In this document: in pieces, positions 1 to 10,895 of the stretch
Numbering within the stretch: the first letter of the stretch is position 1
Layout of the letters: the number at the start of each line of letters is the position of its first letter
Assembly: GCA_047605765.1 (NCBI GenBank)
Contig: JASGFB010000002.1
Location: 6,142-70,141, forward strand
DNA: 64,000 nt
Direction of reading: 5' to 3'
DNA from: Rhodocyclaceae bacterium
GTDB lineage: Bacteria; Pseudomonadota; Gammaproteobacteria; Burkholderiales; Rhodocyclaceae
Notes under the pieces: generated by a model
What the model was told of the DNA's origin: nothing
The model's database searches: none
The model's input: the letters and a program-made list of their open reading frames with translations, nothing else
Position numbers and translations under genes: made by a program

Positions 1-87
1 GCGCCGCGCGCGTTACGCTCATGGCGTTGTCGCGACGTGCCGCCCGTGTGGTGCGTCGCGCTGTACTTACCCGTCCACACGATATTC

Positions 88-453
88 ATGGAACCTCGCC
101 AAACCGCTGCCACCGCGCGCCCGAGTGTACTGTCGCTGAACATCAATTCGCGTTCGGCGCTGTACGCGGCCTACATGCCGTTCATCAAGAATGGCGGCCT
201 GTTCGTGCCCACGCCGCGCACTTACCAGCCGGGCGATGAAGTGTTCATGCTGCTGCAATTGATGGACGATCCCGCCAAGCTGGCCGTCAAGGGCAAGGTA
301 GCCTGGATCACGCCCGCCAATGCGCAGAACGGCAAGATCCAGGGCATGGGCGTGCAGTTCGCCGCCGACGAGGGCGGCCAGGCCGTCAAGATCAAGATCG
401 AACAGATCCTGGGCAGCGCGCTGGGCTCCAACCGCCCGACCCACACGCTCTGA
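88..453 (+). CDS. pilZ: Type IV pilus assembly protein PilZ
   Basis: SALYAAYMPFIKNGGLFVPT...GKVAWITP...GMGVQF...RPTHTL matches the PilZ family; lies next to tatD as usual. Confidence 0.92.
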   Translation: MEPRQTAATARPSVLSLNINSRSALYAAYMPFIKNGGLFVPTPRTYQPGDEVFMLLQLMDDPAKLAVKGKVAWITPANAQNGKIQGMGVQFAADEGGQAVKIKIEQILGSALGSNRPTHTL

Positions 454-534
454 GCGTTCTCTGGCGGGGCTGCTTTCGGGCAGACGGGCGCAGGCGGTAG
501 AATCGTCGGCCGTTTCCCCGCATCACCGCCTCCT

Positions 535-1314
535 ATGTTTGTCGATTCCCACTGCCATATCGATTTCCCGGATCTGGCCGCCGACGGCGAAGCCTTGTTC
601 GCGCGCATGGCGGCGGCCAAGGTCACGCACGCCATGTGTATCGGCGTGAATTTCGAGAACCTGCCGCGTGTCCTCGACATTGCCGCGTCGCATCCGAACA
701 TTTTCGCGTCGGTGGGGCTGCATCCCGAAAACACCGAGTGCGAAGAAGCCAGCGTCGACAAATTGCTGGATTGGGCTGCCCGCCCCAAAGTGGTCGCCAT
801 CGGTGAGACGGGGCTGGACTATTACTGGCACAAGGACAAGCCGGAATGGCAGCGTGAGCGGTTTCGCGCCCATATCCGCGCGGCACGCGCCTGCGACAAG
901 CCCCTGGTGATCCACACGCGCGACGCGGCGGACGACACATTGCGCATCATGCGCGAAGAAGGCGCGGACGTGCCGCGCGGCGTCATGCACTGCTTTACCG
1001 AGACCCAGGCGGTGGCCGATGCGGCGCTGGAGATGGGTTTTTACATCTCGTTCTCCGGCATCGTCACCTTCAAGAACGCCGTGGCGCTGAAAGAAGTCGC
1101 GCGCAGCGTGCCGCTCGATCGCATGCTGATCGAAACCGATTCACCCTACCTGGCGCCGGTGCCGTATCGCGGTAAACAGAACGAGCCTTCGTATGTGCCG
1201 CACGTGGCGGCGGAGATCGCACGCTTGCGCGATGTGCCGGTGGAAGAAATTGCGGCAGCCACCACGCGCAACTTCTTCGCGTTGTTCAAGCACGCGGCAC
1301 CATTGGCGGCATAG
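535..1314 (+). CDS. tatD: TatD-family DNase (YcfH)
   Basis: DSHCH, GLHP, IGETGLDY, VIHTR, MHCFT and LIETDSPY motifs. Confidence 0.93.
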   Translation: MFVDSHCHIDFPDLAADGEALFARMAAAKVTHAMCIGVNFENLPRVLDIAASHPNIFASVGLHPENTECEEASVDKLLDWAARPKVVAIGETGLDYYWHKDKPEWQRERFRAHIRAARACDKPLVIHTRDAADDTLRIMREEGADVPRGVMHCFTETQAVADAALEMGFYISFSGIVTFKNAVALKEVARSVPLDRMLIETDSPYLAPVPYRGKQNEPSYVPHVAAEIARLRDVPVEEIAAATTRNFFALFKHAAPLAA

Positions 1315-1338
1315 GGGCAGGGCGGCCGACGCGGCAAT

Positions 1339-1369
1339 AAAAAAGGGCTCCTTGTGGAGCCCTTTGTTT
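1339..1369. terminator. Bidirectional intrinsic terminator between convergent tatD and suhB
   Basis: aaaaaagggctcc-ttgt-ggagccctttgttt hairpin with A and T tails. Confidence 0.8.
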
Positions 1370-1384
1370 GTCCGAGCGGAACGC

Positions 1385-2179
1385 TTACGCGCGGATGCTG
1401 CCGCGGTGGTTCTGGATGATCGGCAGCAGCTGGCTGAACACCTTGGGCGTGCCCGCCACCAGGTTGCCGGTTTCCAGGTAGGCCGATTCGCCCGAGAAGT
1501 CGCTGACCAGACCGCCGGCCTCACTCACCAGCAGGGTGCCGGCAGCCATGTCCCAGGGCATCAGGCCCAGTTCGAAGAAGCCGTCGACGCGGCCGCAGGC
1601 GACGTACGCCAGATCCAGCGCAGCGGCACCGGGGCGGCGCAGACCGGCGGTTTTTTCGGCCAACTCGCGGAACATGCCCAGGTAGGCGTCCATGTGTTCC
1701 ATGGTCTTGAACGGGAAACCGGTGGCCACCAGCGATTCGCTCAGGCGCGTGCGCTTGGAGACGCGGATGCGGCGTTCATTGAGGAAGGCGCCACGGCCAC
1801 GCGAGGCAGTGAACAGCTCATTGCGGTTCGGGTCGTAGATCACCGCCTGCTGCACGACACCCTTTTCGGCCAGGGCGATCGACACCGCGTATTGCGGGAA
1901 GCCGTGGATGAAGTTGGTGGTGCCGTCGAGGGGGTCGATGATCCATTGGAATTCTGCGTCCCCGGTCTGGCCCGACTCCTCTGCTAGAATGGCGTGCTCC
2001 GGGTAAGCCTCACGAATGACTTCAATGATGGCTTGCTCGGCGGCCGCATCGATCTCCGTGACAAAGTCGTTCTGTGACTTGGCGCGCACTTGCAGCAAGT
2101 CCAGGTCGAGGGTGCCACGATTGATGATGGTGCCGGCGCGGCGGGCGGCCTTGACGGCGATATTCAGAGTGGGATGCAT
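1385..2179 (-). CDS. suhB: Inositol monophosphatase / Nus factor SuhB
   Basis: [16 protein letters not shown] start; [12 protein letters not shown] and WDMAAG motifs. Confidence 0.95.
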   Translation of the reverse strand: MHPTLNIAVKAARRAGTIINRGTLDLDLLQVRAKSQNDFVTEIDAAAEQAIIEVIREAYPEHAILAEESGQTGDAEFQWIIDPLDGTTNFIHGFPQYAVSIALAEKGVVQQAVIYDPNRNELFTASRGRGAFLNERRIRVSKRTRLSESLVATGFPFKTMEHMDAYLGMFRELAEKTAGLRRPGAAALDLAYVACGRVDGFFELGLMPWDMAAGTLLVSEAGGLVSDFSGESAYLETGNLVAGTPKVFSQLLPIIQNHRGSIRA

Positions 2180-2259
2180 GAGCGTCGAACCAGTTCGGGG
2201 CAGGCGCCGCACAATGAATAAGCAACGCCGCACATTCGGAAAACCCGCAATTATAACGT

Positions 2260-3018
2260 ATGACCGAGCAATCCCCGATCCTTCACGCAGCGGATGCGTT
2301 ACAACGTGTGCGCGTGGTGCTGGCACGTCCCAGCCACCCCGGCAATATCGGCGCCGCTGCCCGTGCGCTCAAGACCATGGGCCTGTCGCGCCTGTATCTG
2401 GTGCAGCCCAAGAGCTTTCCGCACCCTGAGGCCGAAGCGCGTGCCTCCGGCGCCACCGACGTGCTGGCGCAGGCGGTGGTGTGCGACACCCTGCAGGACG
2501 CCCTGGCCGGCGTGACGCTGGCCGCCGCGCTGACCTCCCGTCGGCGTGAGCTGTCAGTGCCCATGCAATGGTCGCGCGAAGCGGCCGGCACGCTGGCTAC
2601 GCAAGCGGCGGTGGGCGAGGTGGCGCTGGTTTTCGGCAACGAAACCTACGGCCTGTCCAATGACGAGCTGGCGCTGTGCCAGGTGCCGGTCATGATTCCG
2701 GCCAATCCGGACTACGCCTCGCTCAATCTGGCTTCCGCCGTGCAACTGATGTGTTACGAGCTGCGCCTGGCCTGCGTGATCACCGGGCAGGCGCCGGCCC
2801 AGCAGGCCGACCTGGCGACTGTCGACGAAGTGGAGCAGTTGTATGCGCACTTCCAGTCGGCCATGACCCGCAGTGGTTTCTTCGATCCGGCCAATCCAAA
2901 GCGGCTCATGCCGCGTCTGCGGCGCCTGTTCGGGCGCGTACGGCTCGAAAAGGACGAAGTAAACATCCTGCGCGGCATGCTGAACTTCTTTGAGAAGCCG
3001 TTCCAAGACCGTTCCTGA
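2260..3018 (+). CDS. trmJ: tRNA (C32/U32) 2'-O-methyltransferase TrmJ
   Basis: [26 protein letters not shown] and [14 protein letters not shown] motifs; suhB-trmJ-cysE-isc synteny. Confidence 0.92.
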   Translation: MTEQSPILHAADALQRVRVVLARPSHPGNIGAAARALKTMGLSRLYLVQPKSFPHPEAEARASGATDVLAQAVVCDTLQDALAGVTLAAALTSRRRELSVPMQWSREAAGTLATQAAVGEVALVFGNETYGLSNDELALCQVPVMIPANPDYASLNLASAVQLMCYELRLACVITGQAPAQQADLATVDEVEQLYAHFQSAMTRSGFFDPANPKRLMPRLRRLFGRVRLEKDEVNILRGMLNFFEKPFQDRS

Positions 3019-3096
3019 GGACGACAACGGTCCCAATTGCTGCGATTGCGCCGTTTCTGCCCCGATTTTGGCCAGATTCGGCCGATAATCGCCCTA

Positions 3097-3121
3097 ATAG
3101 TTGACCGTAAAAGTCGGGTTT
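3097..3121. promoter_or_regulatory. IscR type-1 operator upstream of cysE
   Basis: ATAGTTGACCGTAAAAGTCGGGTTT compared with consensus ATASYYGACTRWWWYAGTCRRSTAT. Confidence 0.7.
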
Positions 3122-3159
3122 CTTAGGATAGTTTCCTTTTCAATTTTCGGATTGTTCAG

Positions 3160-3915
3160 ATGTTTTCCCACATACGTGAAGATGCCGCCAGCGTGTTGGC
3201 ACGCGACCCCGCCGCCCGCAGCCTGCTGGAGGTAGTCACGTGTTATCCGGGCATCCACGCGGTCATCCTGCACCGGATGGGAAATGCGCTGTGGCGGCGG
3301 GGGTTTCGGCTGCTGGCGCGCTGGGTATCGCAATTCGGCCGCTTCATGACCGGCATCGAAATCCACCCGGCCGCTCGCATCGGCCGCCGCGTCTTCATCG
3401 ACCACGGCATGGGCGTGGTGATCGGCGAGACTGCCGAGGTCGGCGATGACTGCACGATCTACCAGGGTGTGACGCTGGGCGGCACCTCGCTGTACCGCGG
3501 CGTCAAACGCCATCCGACACTGGAAGCCGGCGTGGTGGTAGGGGCCGGCGCTAAAGTATTGGGCGGTTTCACTGTGGGGCGCGGCGCCAAGATCGGCTCG
3601 AACGCCGTGGTGGTCAAGCCGGTGCCGGCCGAGGCGACTGCCGTCGGCAATCCGGCGCGCATCATCCAGCCGGATGAAAAGACGCGCGGCCACAGTCCCG
3701 AGGTGCAAGGTTTCACCGCCTACGGGGTGACCCGCAACATGGACGATCCGCTCGTCAAGGCGGTGCATGCGCTGCTCGATCATGCGACCGAGCAGGACAA
3801 GCGTATCGATTTGCTCATGGGTCGGCTCAAGGCGGCGGGGTTGTGCACCGAATCGGACGATGCCAAGACGCAGCGTTCATTCGATCATGACTATCTTTCG
3901 AAGATTGTCGATTAA
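3160..3915 (+). CDS. cysE: Serine O-acetyltransferase
   Basis: [32 protein letters not shown] and RHPTL hexapeptide-repeat motifs. Confidence 0.95.
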   Translation: MFSHIREDAASVLARDPAARSLLEVVTCYPGIHAVILHRMGNALWRRGFRLLARWVSQFGRFMTGIEIHPAARIGRRVFIDHGMGVVIGETAEVGDDCTIYQGVTLGGTSLYRGVKRHPTLEAGVVVGAGAKVLGGFTVGRGAKIGSNAVVVKPVPAEATAVGNPARIIQPDEKTRGHSPEVQGFTAYGVTRNMDDPLVKAVHALLDHATEQDKRIDLLMGRLKAAGLCTESDDAKTQRSFDHDYLSKIVD

Positions 3916-3933
3916 ATCCCTTAATGTGGCCGA

Positions 3934-3986
3934 TTGCTTGACTGTTTTTCTCGGGTATTTTAATCTTGAGGAAATTAATCAAGTAT
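3934..3986. promoter_or_regulatory. Two tandem IscR type-1 operators in the iscR promoter
   Basis: TTGCTTGACTGTTTTTCTCGGGTAT (3934-3958) and AATCTTGAGGAAATTAATCAAGTAT (3962-3986). Confidence 0.7.
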
Positions 3987-4007
3987 TGATTCATCCGGAG
4001 CAGTGAA

Positions 4008-4490
4008 ATGCGGCTTACCACGAAAGGGCGGTTCGCAGTGACCGCCATGATCGATCTGGCCCTGCGCGAGGGCGACGGGCCCGTGACGCTGGCCGGCATC
4101 AGCGAGCGCCAGAGCATTTCGCTGTCCTATCTCGAGCAATTGTTCGGCAAGTTGCGCCGCTATGAACTGGTCAACAGCGTGCGCGGCCCGGGTGGCGGCT
4201 ATTGTCTGGCGCGTCCGATGGATGGCATTTCGGTGGCCGACATCATCATCGCGGTGGATGAGCCCTTGGACGCGACGCAGTGCGGCGGCAAGGAAAACTG
4301 CCATGATGACCGTCGCTGCATGACGCACGACCTGTGGACCAACCTCAACCGCCACATGTTCGATTACCTGCAGTCGGTGAATCTGGGCGGCTTGGTGGCC
4401 GAACAGCGCAAGCGCATGGAACGCAACGTGTCGGTCTTGCGCGATGAGCGCAGCCAACTGAGCGATCCGAGGGAATCGGCTGCGGCCTGA
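4008..4490 (+). CDS. iscR: Fe-S cluster assembly regulator IscR
   Basis: MRLTTKGRFAVTAMIDLA Rrf2 N-terminus; C-x5-C-x5-C plus His ligands (TQCGGKENCHDDRRCMTHDLW). Confidence 0.96.
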   Translation: MRLTTKGRFAVTAMIDLALREGDGPVTLAGISERQSISLSYLEQLFGKLRRYELVNSVRGPGGGYCLARPMDGISVADIIIAVDEPLDATQCGGKENCHDDRRCMTHDLWTNLNRHMFDYLQSVNLGGLVAEQRKRMERNVSVLRDERSQLSDPRESAAA

Positions 4491-4501
4491 AGCATTCGAC
4501 G

Positions 4502-5653
4502 ATGTTCGCGCCGGCTTATTTCGATGCCAATGCCACCACGCCGCTGGACGCGCGCGTGCGCGAGGCGATGCTGCCCTACCTGTCGGGCCGCTTCGGCAAT
4601 GCGTCGAGCCGCCACGAATACGGCCGTCAGGCTCGCGCCGCCATCGATGCAGCGCGCCAGCAGGTCGCCGCGGCGGTGGGTGCCCATCCGACCGAGCTGG
4701 TGTTTACCAGTGGCGGGTCGGAGGCCAACAACCTTTTCATCAAAGGGGCGGCGGCAAGCCGGCAGAGCGGCACCCTGCTGATCGGCGCCACCGAACACCC
4801 TTGTGTGCGTCTGCCAGCGCGTCATCTGGCCAACGCTGGCTGGCGCATCGGTCAACTGCCGGTCGGCGACGACGGCCATCTCGACGCGGCGGCGGCCCTG
4901 GCGCAGATCGAAATGCAACGGCCGGCCGTGGTGTCGGTGATGCTCGCCAACAACGAGTGCGGCACGGTCAATGATGTGGCGGCTCTGGCGGCGGCCACGC
5001 GGCAGGTGGGCGGTTGGTGCCACACCGACGCGGTGCAGGCCCTGGGCAAGATGCCGGTCGATTTTCGCGCCCTGGGCGTGCATGCGATGACGCTGTCGTC
5101 GCACAAGATTTATGGTCCCATCGGTGCCGGTGCGCTGGTGTTGGACAAGCGGGTCGACATCCCGGCCCTGATCGCCGGTGGCGGTCAGGAGCGCGGTCTG
5201 CGTGCCGGCACCGAGAACGTCGCGGCGATTGTCGGTTTCGGCCTGGCGGCAGAACTGGCCATTGCCGACATGGCAGAACGCACGGCCCGGCAGCGCGCCG
5301 CACGTGATCTGTTCGAAGCGGGCCTGGGCGGTCTGGGGGCACTGATCTTCGGTGCCGTCGGCGAGCGTCTGCCGAACACCACCTTTTTCGCCTTCGAGCA
5401 CATCGATGGCGAAACCCTGGTGGCCAAACTGGATCGCGCCGGTTTTGCAGTGGCCAGCGGGTCGGCCTGTTCGAGCGCCAGCGCCGAGCCTTCGCGCACG
5501 CTGCTGGCGATGGGCGTGCCGGACGATGTGGCGCGCGGCGCGGTGCGCGTGAGCATGCCGCACGATGTACGACTGGATGACGTGGAACGTCTGTTGCGGG
5601 CACTGAAACAGACGGTAGATGAGTTGAAACACCTGACGGCCGTGGTCGTATAA
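4502..5653 (+). CDS. Group I cysteine desulfurase (NifS/IscS-like paralog)
   Basis: [23 protein letters not shown] (PLP Lys) and SGSAC (catalytic Cys); lacks the IscS C-terminal SPLW tail. Confidence 0.9.
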   Translation: MFAPAYFDANATTPLDARVREAMLPYLSGRFGNASSRHEYGRQARAAIDAARQQVAAAVGAHPTELVFTSGGSEANNLFIKGAAASRQSGTLLIGATEHPCVRLPARHLANAGWRIGQLPVGDDGHLDAAAALAQIEMQRPAVVSVMLANNECGTVNDVAALAAATRQVGGWCHTDAVQALGKMPVDFRALGVHAMTLSSHKIYGPIGAGALVLDKRVDIPALIAGGGQERGLRAGTENVAAIVGFGLAAELAIADMAERTARQRAARDLFEAGLGGLGALIFGAVGERLPNTTFFAFEHIDGETLVAKLDRAGFAVASGSACSSASAEPSRTLLAMGVPDDVARGAVRVSMPHDVRLDDVERLLRALKQTVDELKHLTAVVV

Positions 5654-5685
5654 ACGCGGCACGCAGGTCAGCCCTGGAGCGAGAG

Positions 5686-6897
5686 ATGTTGAAGTTTCCG
5701 ATTTATCTGGACTATTCGGCCACCACACCGGTGGACCCGCGCGTCGCGCAAAAGATGATCCCGTATTTGACGGAACTGTACGGCAATCCGGCCAGTCGCT
5801 CGCATGCGATGGGTTGGGCTGCCGAAGAGGCCGTCGAATGGTCGCGCGAGCAAGTCGCCGCGCTGGTCAACTGTGACCCCAAGGAGATCATCTGGACCTC
5901 CGGCGCCACCGAGTCGGATAACCTCGCCATCAAGGGCGCTGCCAATTTCTACGCCTCCAAGGGCAAGCACATCATCACCGTCAAGACCGAGCACAAGGCG
6001 GTGCTGGATACCTTCCGCGAACTCGAACGCGTGGGGTTCGAGGCCACTTACCTCGACGTACAGGAAAACGGCCTGATCGACCTTGAGCTGCTCAAGGCGA
6101 CGCTTCGCCCGGACACCACGCTGGTGTCGGTGATGATGGTCAACAATGAAATCGGCGTGGTCCAGGATATCGAAGCGATCGGCGAGCTGTGCCGTAGCAA
6201 GGGGATCATCTTCCACGTCGACGCGGCGCAGGCTACCGGCAAGGTCGACATCGATCTGCAGAAGCTGAAGGTCGACCTGATGTCCTTCTCTGCGCACAAG
6301 ACCTACGGCCCCAAGGGCATCGGCGCCCTGTACGTGCGCCGCAAGCCGCGCGTGCGCCTCGAAGCGCAGATGCACGGTGGCGGTCACGAGCGTGGCCTGC
6401 GTTCGGGCACCCTGGCCACACACCAGATCGTTGGCATGGGCGAAGCCTTCCGCATCGCCAAGGAAGAAATGGCCAGCGAGAACGTGCGCATCGGCGCCCT
6501 GCGCGACAAGCTGCTCAAGGGGCTGTCGGACATGGAAGAGGTCTACGTCAATGGTGACCTCGAGCACCGTGTGCCGCACAACCTGAACGTCAGCTTCAAT
6601 TTTGTCGAAGGCGAATCACTGATCATGGCGGTCAAGGACATCGCCGTGTCGTCGGGTTCGGCGTGTACGTCCGCCTCGCTCGAGCCGTCCTACGTGCTGC
6701 GCGCGCTGGGCCGCAACGACGAACTGGCGCATAGCTCGATCCGTTTCACCATCGGCCGTTTCACGACCGAAGACGAAATCGATTTCACCGTCGATCTGCT
6801 GCACGGCAAGATCGGCAAGCTGCGCGAACTCTCGCCCCTGTGGGAGATGTTCAAGGATGGCGTGGACTTGAATACGGTCCAGTGGGCAGCACATTGA
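5686..6897 (+). CDS. iscS: Cysteine desulfurase IscS
   Basis: [34 protein letters not shown] and C-terminal [10 protein letters not shown]. Confidence 0.97.
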   Translation: MLKFPIYLDYSATTPVDPRVAQKMIPYLTELYGNPASRSHAMGWAAEEAVEWSREQVAALVNCDPKEIIWTSGATESDNLAIKGAANFYASKGKHIITVKTEHKAVLDTFRELERVGFEATYLDVQENGLIDLELLKATLRPDTTLVSVMMVNNEIGVVQDIEAIGELCRSKGIIFHVDAAQATGKVDIDLQKLKVDLMSFSAHKTYGPKGIGALYVRRKPRVRLEAQMHGGGHERGLRSGTLATHQIVGMGEAFRIAKEEMASENVRIGALRDKLLKGLSDMEEVYVNGDLEHRVPHNLNVSFNFVEGESLIMAVKDIAVSSGSACTSASLEPSYVLRALGRNDELAHSSIRFTIGRFTTEDEIDFTVDLLHGKIGKLRELSPLWEMFKDGVDLNTVQWAAH

Positions 6898-6951
6898 TGA
6901 ATGGAGCGGGTGCCCCGCGCGCCCGCTGCGTTGCGATGAAGGAGCAACAAC

Positions 6952-7368
6952 ATGGCATATAGCGACAAAGTTCTGGATCACTACGAAAACCCGCGCAACG
7001 TCGGTTCGTTCGGCAAGGACGACGCTTCGGTGGTCGGTACCGGCATGGTCGGCGCCCCTGCTTGCGGCGACGTCATGAAGCTGCAGATCAAGGTCAATCC
7101 GCAGACGGGCGTGATCGAAGACGCCAAGTTCAAGACCTACGGTTGCGGCTCGGCGATCGCTTCCAGCTCGCTGGTGACTGAATGGGTCAAGGGCAAGACG
7201 CTGGACGAGGCGGTCAACATCAAGAACACCGCCATCGCTGAAGAACTGGCGCTGCCGCCGGTGAAGATCCACTGTTCCATCCTGGCCGAAGATGCCATCA
7301 AGGCGGCGGTCGAGGATTACCGCAAAAAGCACGCCGCAGCCGACGACGCCGCGACGCGCGCGGCCTGA
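6952..7368 (+). CDS. iscU: Fe-S scaffold IscU
   Basis: DHYENPRNVG, PACGD, GCGSA and LPPVKIHCS. Confidence 0.97.
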   Translation: MAYSDKVLDHYENPRNVGSFGKDDASVVGTGMVGAPACGDVMKLQIKVNPQTGVIEDAKFKTYGCGSAIASSSLVTEWVKGKTLDEAVNIKNTAIAEELALPPVKIHCSILAEDAIKAAVEDYRKKHAAADDAATRAA

Positions 7369-7377
7369 GGAGGTAGC

Positions 7378-7701
7378 ATGGCAGTGACCCTATCCGAAGC
7401 GGCGGCCAGCCACATCAGCAAGTTCCTGGTCAAGCGGGGCAAGGGCATCGGCATTCGCCTGGGGGTGAAGACCTCGGGGTGTTCGGGCATGGCCTACAAG
7501 CTCGAATATGCCGATGAATCCGTTGCCGACGACGTAGTGTTCGAGAGCCATGGCGTGAAGGTGCTGGTCGATCCCAAGAGCCTGCCCTACATCGACGGCA
7601 CCGAACTGGATTTCGCCCGCGAAGGCCTCAATGAAGGCTTCAAGTTCAACAACCCGAACGTCAAGAACGAGTGCGGGTGTGGTGAGAGCTTCCACGTCTG
7701 A
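7378..7701 (+). CDS. iscA: A-type Fe-S carrier IscA
   Basis: SGCSGMAY and CGCGESF. Confidence 0.96.
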   Translation: MAVTLSEAAASHISKFLVKRGKGIGIRLGVKTSGCSGMAYKLEYADESVADDVVFESHGVKVLVDPKSLPYIDGTELDFAREGLNEGFKFNNPNVKNECGCGESFHV

Positions 7702-7864
7702 GGCCTTGCGCGCGGTGGTGGATGCGCGTTATGCCGAAAGCCTGCGCATCACCGGCGGCGAGGCGCGCTAAAATGCGCGCGGACCGCCATCGCGGCGGCA
7801 TCGACAGAATGTGCGAATCACACTTTTCGCCCCGCTGTGAATCGATCCGGCGGGGCGTTTGATT

Positions 7865-8368
7865 ATGCAAGATTATTTTTCTCTCTTCGGTTTGCCTGAG
7901 CGCTATGCGCTCGACATGGCTCAGCTCGAACAGGCCTATCGCAAGGTGCAGGCACAGGTGCATCCCGATCGCTATGCCCATCGCCCCGAGGCCGAGCGCC
8001 GGGTCGCCATGCAGTGGGCCACGCTGGCCAACGAAGCCCATCGGGCGTTGCGCAACCCGGTGGCGCGGGCGCGTTATCTGCTGTCCCGACGGGGCACCGA
8101 GATCGATGCCGAGCGCAATACCGCCATGTCGCCTGCTTTCCTGATGCAACAGATGGAATGGCGCGAAGCCGTCGAGGAAGCCGCCGGCGATGCGGCCGCG
8201 CTGGCCGGCCTGCTGGCCGAGATGGAAAGCGAGGAATCCGCCGCCTTCGACGCCCTGGCGCGTGCCCTCGATGAAACGCCGGACGCCGCCGCCGCCGCCG
8301 AGACGGTGCGCCGCCTGATGTTCATCGAACGCCTGCGCAGCGAAATCGAAGAAGCCATGGCCGGCTAG
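7865..8368 (+). CDS. hscB: Co-chaperone HscB
   Basis: J-domain HPD motif; FLMQQMEWRE; operon position. Confidence 0.93.
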   Translation: MQDYFSLFGLPERYALDMAQLEQAYRKVQAQVHPDRYAHRPEAERRVAMQWATLANEAHRALRNPVARARYLLSRRGTEIDAERNTAMSPAFLMQQMEWREAVEEAAGDAAALAGLLAEMESEESAAFDALARALDETPDAAAAAETVRRLMFIERLRSEIEEAMAG

Positions 8369-8413
8369 GCATACGCCCGACACGGCCGACCACGAACACA
8401 GAAAAGAACCACG

Positions 8414-10273
8414 ATGGCTTTGCTACAACTGTCCGAGCCCGGCGAAACGCCCGAACCCCATCAACACCGCCGCGCGGTGGGGATCGACCTGGGGACGACC
8501 AACTCCCTGGTGGCCACCGTGCGCCATTCCTTGCCCGAGTGCTTGCCGGGCGACCGCTGCGGCATTCTGCTGCCGTCGGTTGTGCGCTACCTGCCCGACG
8601 GTGCGACGATCGTCGGCCAGGAGGCCGCCAGTGCCCAGGCTGCCGATTCACGTAACACCATTGCCTCGGTCAAGCGCCTGATGGGGCGCAGCCTGGCCGA
8701 CACCGATCCGGCGCCGCGCGCACGCTATGACTTGATCGACAACGGCGGCATGGTGCGTATCGGCACGGTGGCTGGCGCAGTGACGCCGGTCGAAGTCTCC
8801 GCCCAGATCCTGCGGGTCCTGCGCGAGCGCGCCGAATCGTCGCTCGGCGGCGATCTGGTCGGGGCCGTCATCACGGTGCCGGCGTATTTCGACGATGCCC
8901 AGCGTCAGGCCACCAAGGACGCCGCCAGGCTGGCCGGCCTCAACGTGCTGCGCCTGCTCAACGAACCGACCGCCGCCGCCATCGCCTATGGCCTGGATAA
9001 CGCCGCAGAAGGCGTGTATGCGGTGTATGACCTCGGTGGCGGCACGCTCGATTGTTCCATCCTGCGCCTGTCGCGCGGGGTCTTCGAAGTGATGGCCACC
9101 AGTGGCGACTCTGCCCTTGGCGGCGATGATTTCGACCAGGCGCTGGCCGACTGGCTGACGCAAGAGGCAGGCGAAGGCGCCATCGCCTCGCGCGGCATCA
9201 TGGTCGAGGCGCGCCGTGTCAAGGAAGCGCTCACGCGCAACGACAGCGTGGTGGCCAAGGTGCCGCTGGCGTCGGGCGGTGTGCGTGACATCGACGTCAC
9301 GGCGACGCATTTCCAGGCCCTCACCAGTGCCCTGGTGGAGCGTACCCTGGTGCCCATCCGCAAGGCGTTGCGCGATGCCAACGTCAAGACGGGCGAGGTG
9401 CAGGCCATCGTCATGGTCGGCGGTGCCACGCGCATGCCGCACGTGCGTGCGGCCGTCGAAGCTTTTTTTGGCCAGGAACCCTTTACCGACATCGATCCGG
9501 ACAAGGTCGTCGCCATCGGTGCGGCGATCCAGGCCAACGTGCTGGCGGGCAACCGCCGTGCCGGCGAAGACTGGCTGCTGCTGGATGTCACGCCGCTGTC
9601 GCTGGGCCTCGAAACCATGGGCGGCCTGGTTGAGAAGATCATTCCGCGCAATTCGACCATTCCCACCGCCAAGGCGCAGGAATTCACTACCCACAAGGAC
9701 GGCCAGACGGCCATGGCGATCCACGTGGTGCAGGGCGAGCGTGAACTGGTCAGCGACTGCCGTTCGCTGGCGCGCTTCGAACTGCGCGACATTCCGCCGA
9801 TGGTGGCCGGGGGGGCACGCATCCGCGTGACCTTCCAGGTCGATGCCGACGGTCTCCTGTCGGTGTCGGCGCGCGAACAATCCACCGGCGTCGAAGCCAG
9901 TGTCACCGTCAAGCCCAGCTATGGGCTGAGCGATGAAGAAGTCGCGACCATGCTCAAGTCGGGCTACGAGAATGCGGGTGACGATATGCGCGCCCGCGCC
10001 TTGCGCGAACAACTGGTCGAGGGCGAACGCCTGATCGACGCCACGCGCATGGCCATGCGCGAAGACGCCGAACTGCTCGACGCCGGCGAGCGCGCCCGCA
10101 TCGATGCCCACATCGACGCCTTGCGCGACGCGGCGCGCGGCACCGATCATGTGGTCATCAAGAGCGCCATCGAGGCGCTGTCGCAGGCCACCGCCGACTT
10201 TGCCGCCCGCCGCATGGACAAGGCGATCCGCCGGGCGCTGGCGGGCAACCGCATCGACAATCTTTCCGTATAG
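8414..10273 (+). CDS. hscA: Hsp70-type chaperone HscA
   Basis: [33 protein letters not shown] and KPSYGL. Confidence 0.96.
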   Translation: MALLQLSEPGETPEPHQHRRAVGIDLGTTNSLVATVRHSLPECLPGDRCGILLPSVVRYLPDGATIVGQEAASAQAADSRNTIASVKRLMGRSLADTDPAPRARYDLIDNGGMVRIGTVAGAVTPVEVSAQILRVLRERAESSLGGDLVGAVITVPAYFDDAQRQATKDAARLAGLNVLRLLNEPTAAAIAYGLDNAAEGVYAVYDLGGGTLDCSILRLSRGVFEVMATSGDSALGGDDFDQALADWLTQEAGEGAIASRGIMVEARRVKEALTRNDSVVAKVPLASGGVRDIDVTATHFQALTSALVERTLVPIRKALRDANVKTGEVQAIVMVGGATRMPHVRAAVEAFFGQEPFTDIDPDKVVAIGAAIQANVLAGNRRAGEDWLLLDVTPLSLGLETMGGLVEKIIPRNSTIPTAKAQEFTTHKDGQTAMAIHVVQGERELVSDCRSLARFELRDIPPMVAGGARIRVTFQVDADGLLSVSAREQSTGVEASVTVKPSYGLSDEEVATMLKSGYENAGDDMRARALREQLVEGERLIDATRMAMREDAELLDAGERARIDAHIDALRDAARGTDHVVIKSAIEALSQATADFAARRMDKAIRRALAGNRIDNLSV

Positions 10274-10284
10274 CTGGACGTTTC

Positions 10285-10635
10285 ATGACCCAAATCGTCG
10301 TACTGCCGCACGTGGAGTTGTGTCCCGATGGCGCCGTCATCGAAGGGCAAGAAGGGCAATCGGTCTGCGACGCGTTGCTCGAGGCCGGCATCGAAATCGA
10401 ACACGCCTGCGAAAAATCCTGCGCGTGCACCACCTGTCACGTGGTGATCCGTGAGGGGTTTACCTCGCTGGAAGACGCCGAAGAACTCGAAGAAGACATG
10501 CTCGACAAGGCCTGGGGCCTGGAGCCGACATCACGCCTGTCGTGCCAGGCCAAGATAGCCGACACCCCATTGGTGGTCGAAATTCCGCGCTACACCATCA
10601 ATATGGTGAGCGAAGGGGGAGGGAAGAAGAAATGA
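10285..10635 (+). CDS. fdx: ISC [2Fe-2S] ferredoxin
   Basis: HACEKSCACTTCH and SRLSCQ. Confidence 0.96.
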   Translation: MTQIVVLPHVELCPDGAVIEGQEGQSVCDALLEAGIEIEHACEKSCACTTCHVVIREGFTSLEDAEELEEDMLDKAWGLEPTSRLSCQAKIADTPLVVEIPRYTINMVSEGGGKKK

Positions 10636-10826
10636 AATGGACCGATACGCTGGAAATCGCCATCGCCCTGTCGGACGCTCATCCCGACGTTGACCCGAAT
10701 CGGGTGAATTTCGTCGACCTCATGCGTTGGGTGATGGAATTGCCCGATTTCGACGACGACCCCAAGCGTTGTGGCGAACGCATTCTCGAGGCCATCCAGG
10801 CAGCCTGGATCGAAGAGCAGGATTGA
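10632..10826 (+). CDS. iscX: Fe-S assembly protein IscX
   Basis: MKWTDTLEIAIAL...ERILEAIQAAWIEE; ATGA overlap with fdx. Confidence 0.92.
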   Translation: MKWTDTLEIAIALSDAHPDVDPNRVNFVDLMRWVMELPDFDDDPKRCGERILEAIQAAWIEEQD

Positions 10827-10856
10827 CGGCGCCCGCCACCGCATGAAATCGTTTTG

Positions 10857-10882
10857 AAAAGCCCGCCGCGCGCGGGCTTTTT
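10857..10882. terminator. Intrinsic terminator after the isc operon (bidirectional)
   Basis: aaaagcccgc-cgcgc-gcgggcttttt. Confidence 0.8.
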
Positions 10883-10895
10883 CATGTCCGGGCCG

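Noticed and set aside
1-87. 3' end of holB expected upstream of pilZ
   Set aside because: No recognisable coding signature in the 87 bp available
2180-2259. boxA element upstream of suhB
   Set aside because: Only a weak match (TGCTTATTCATT) to TGCTCTTTAACA
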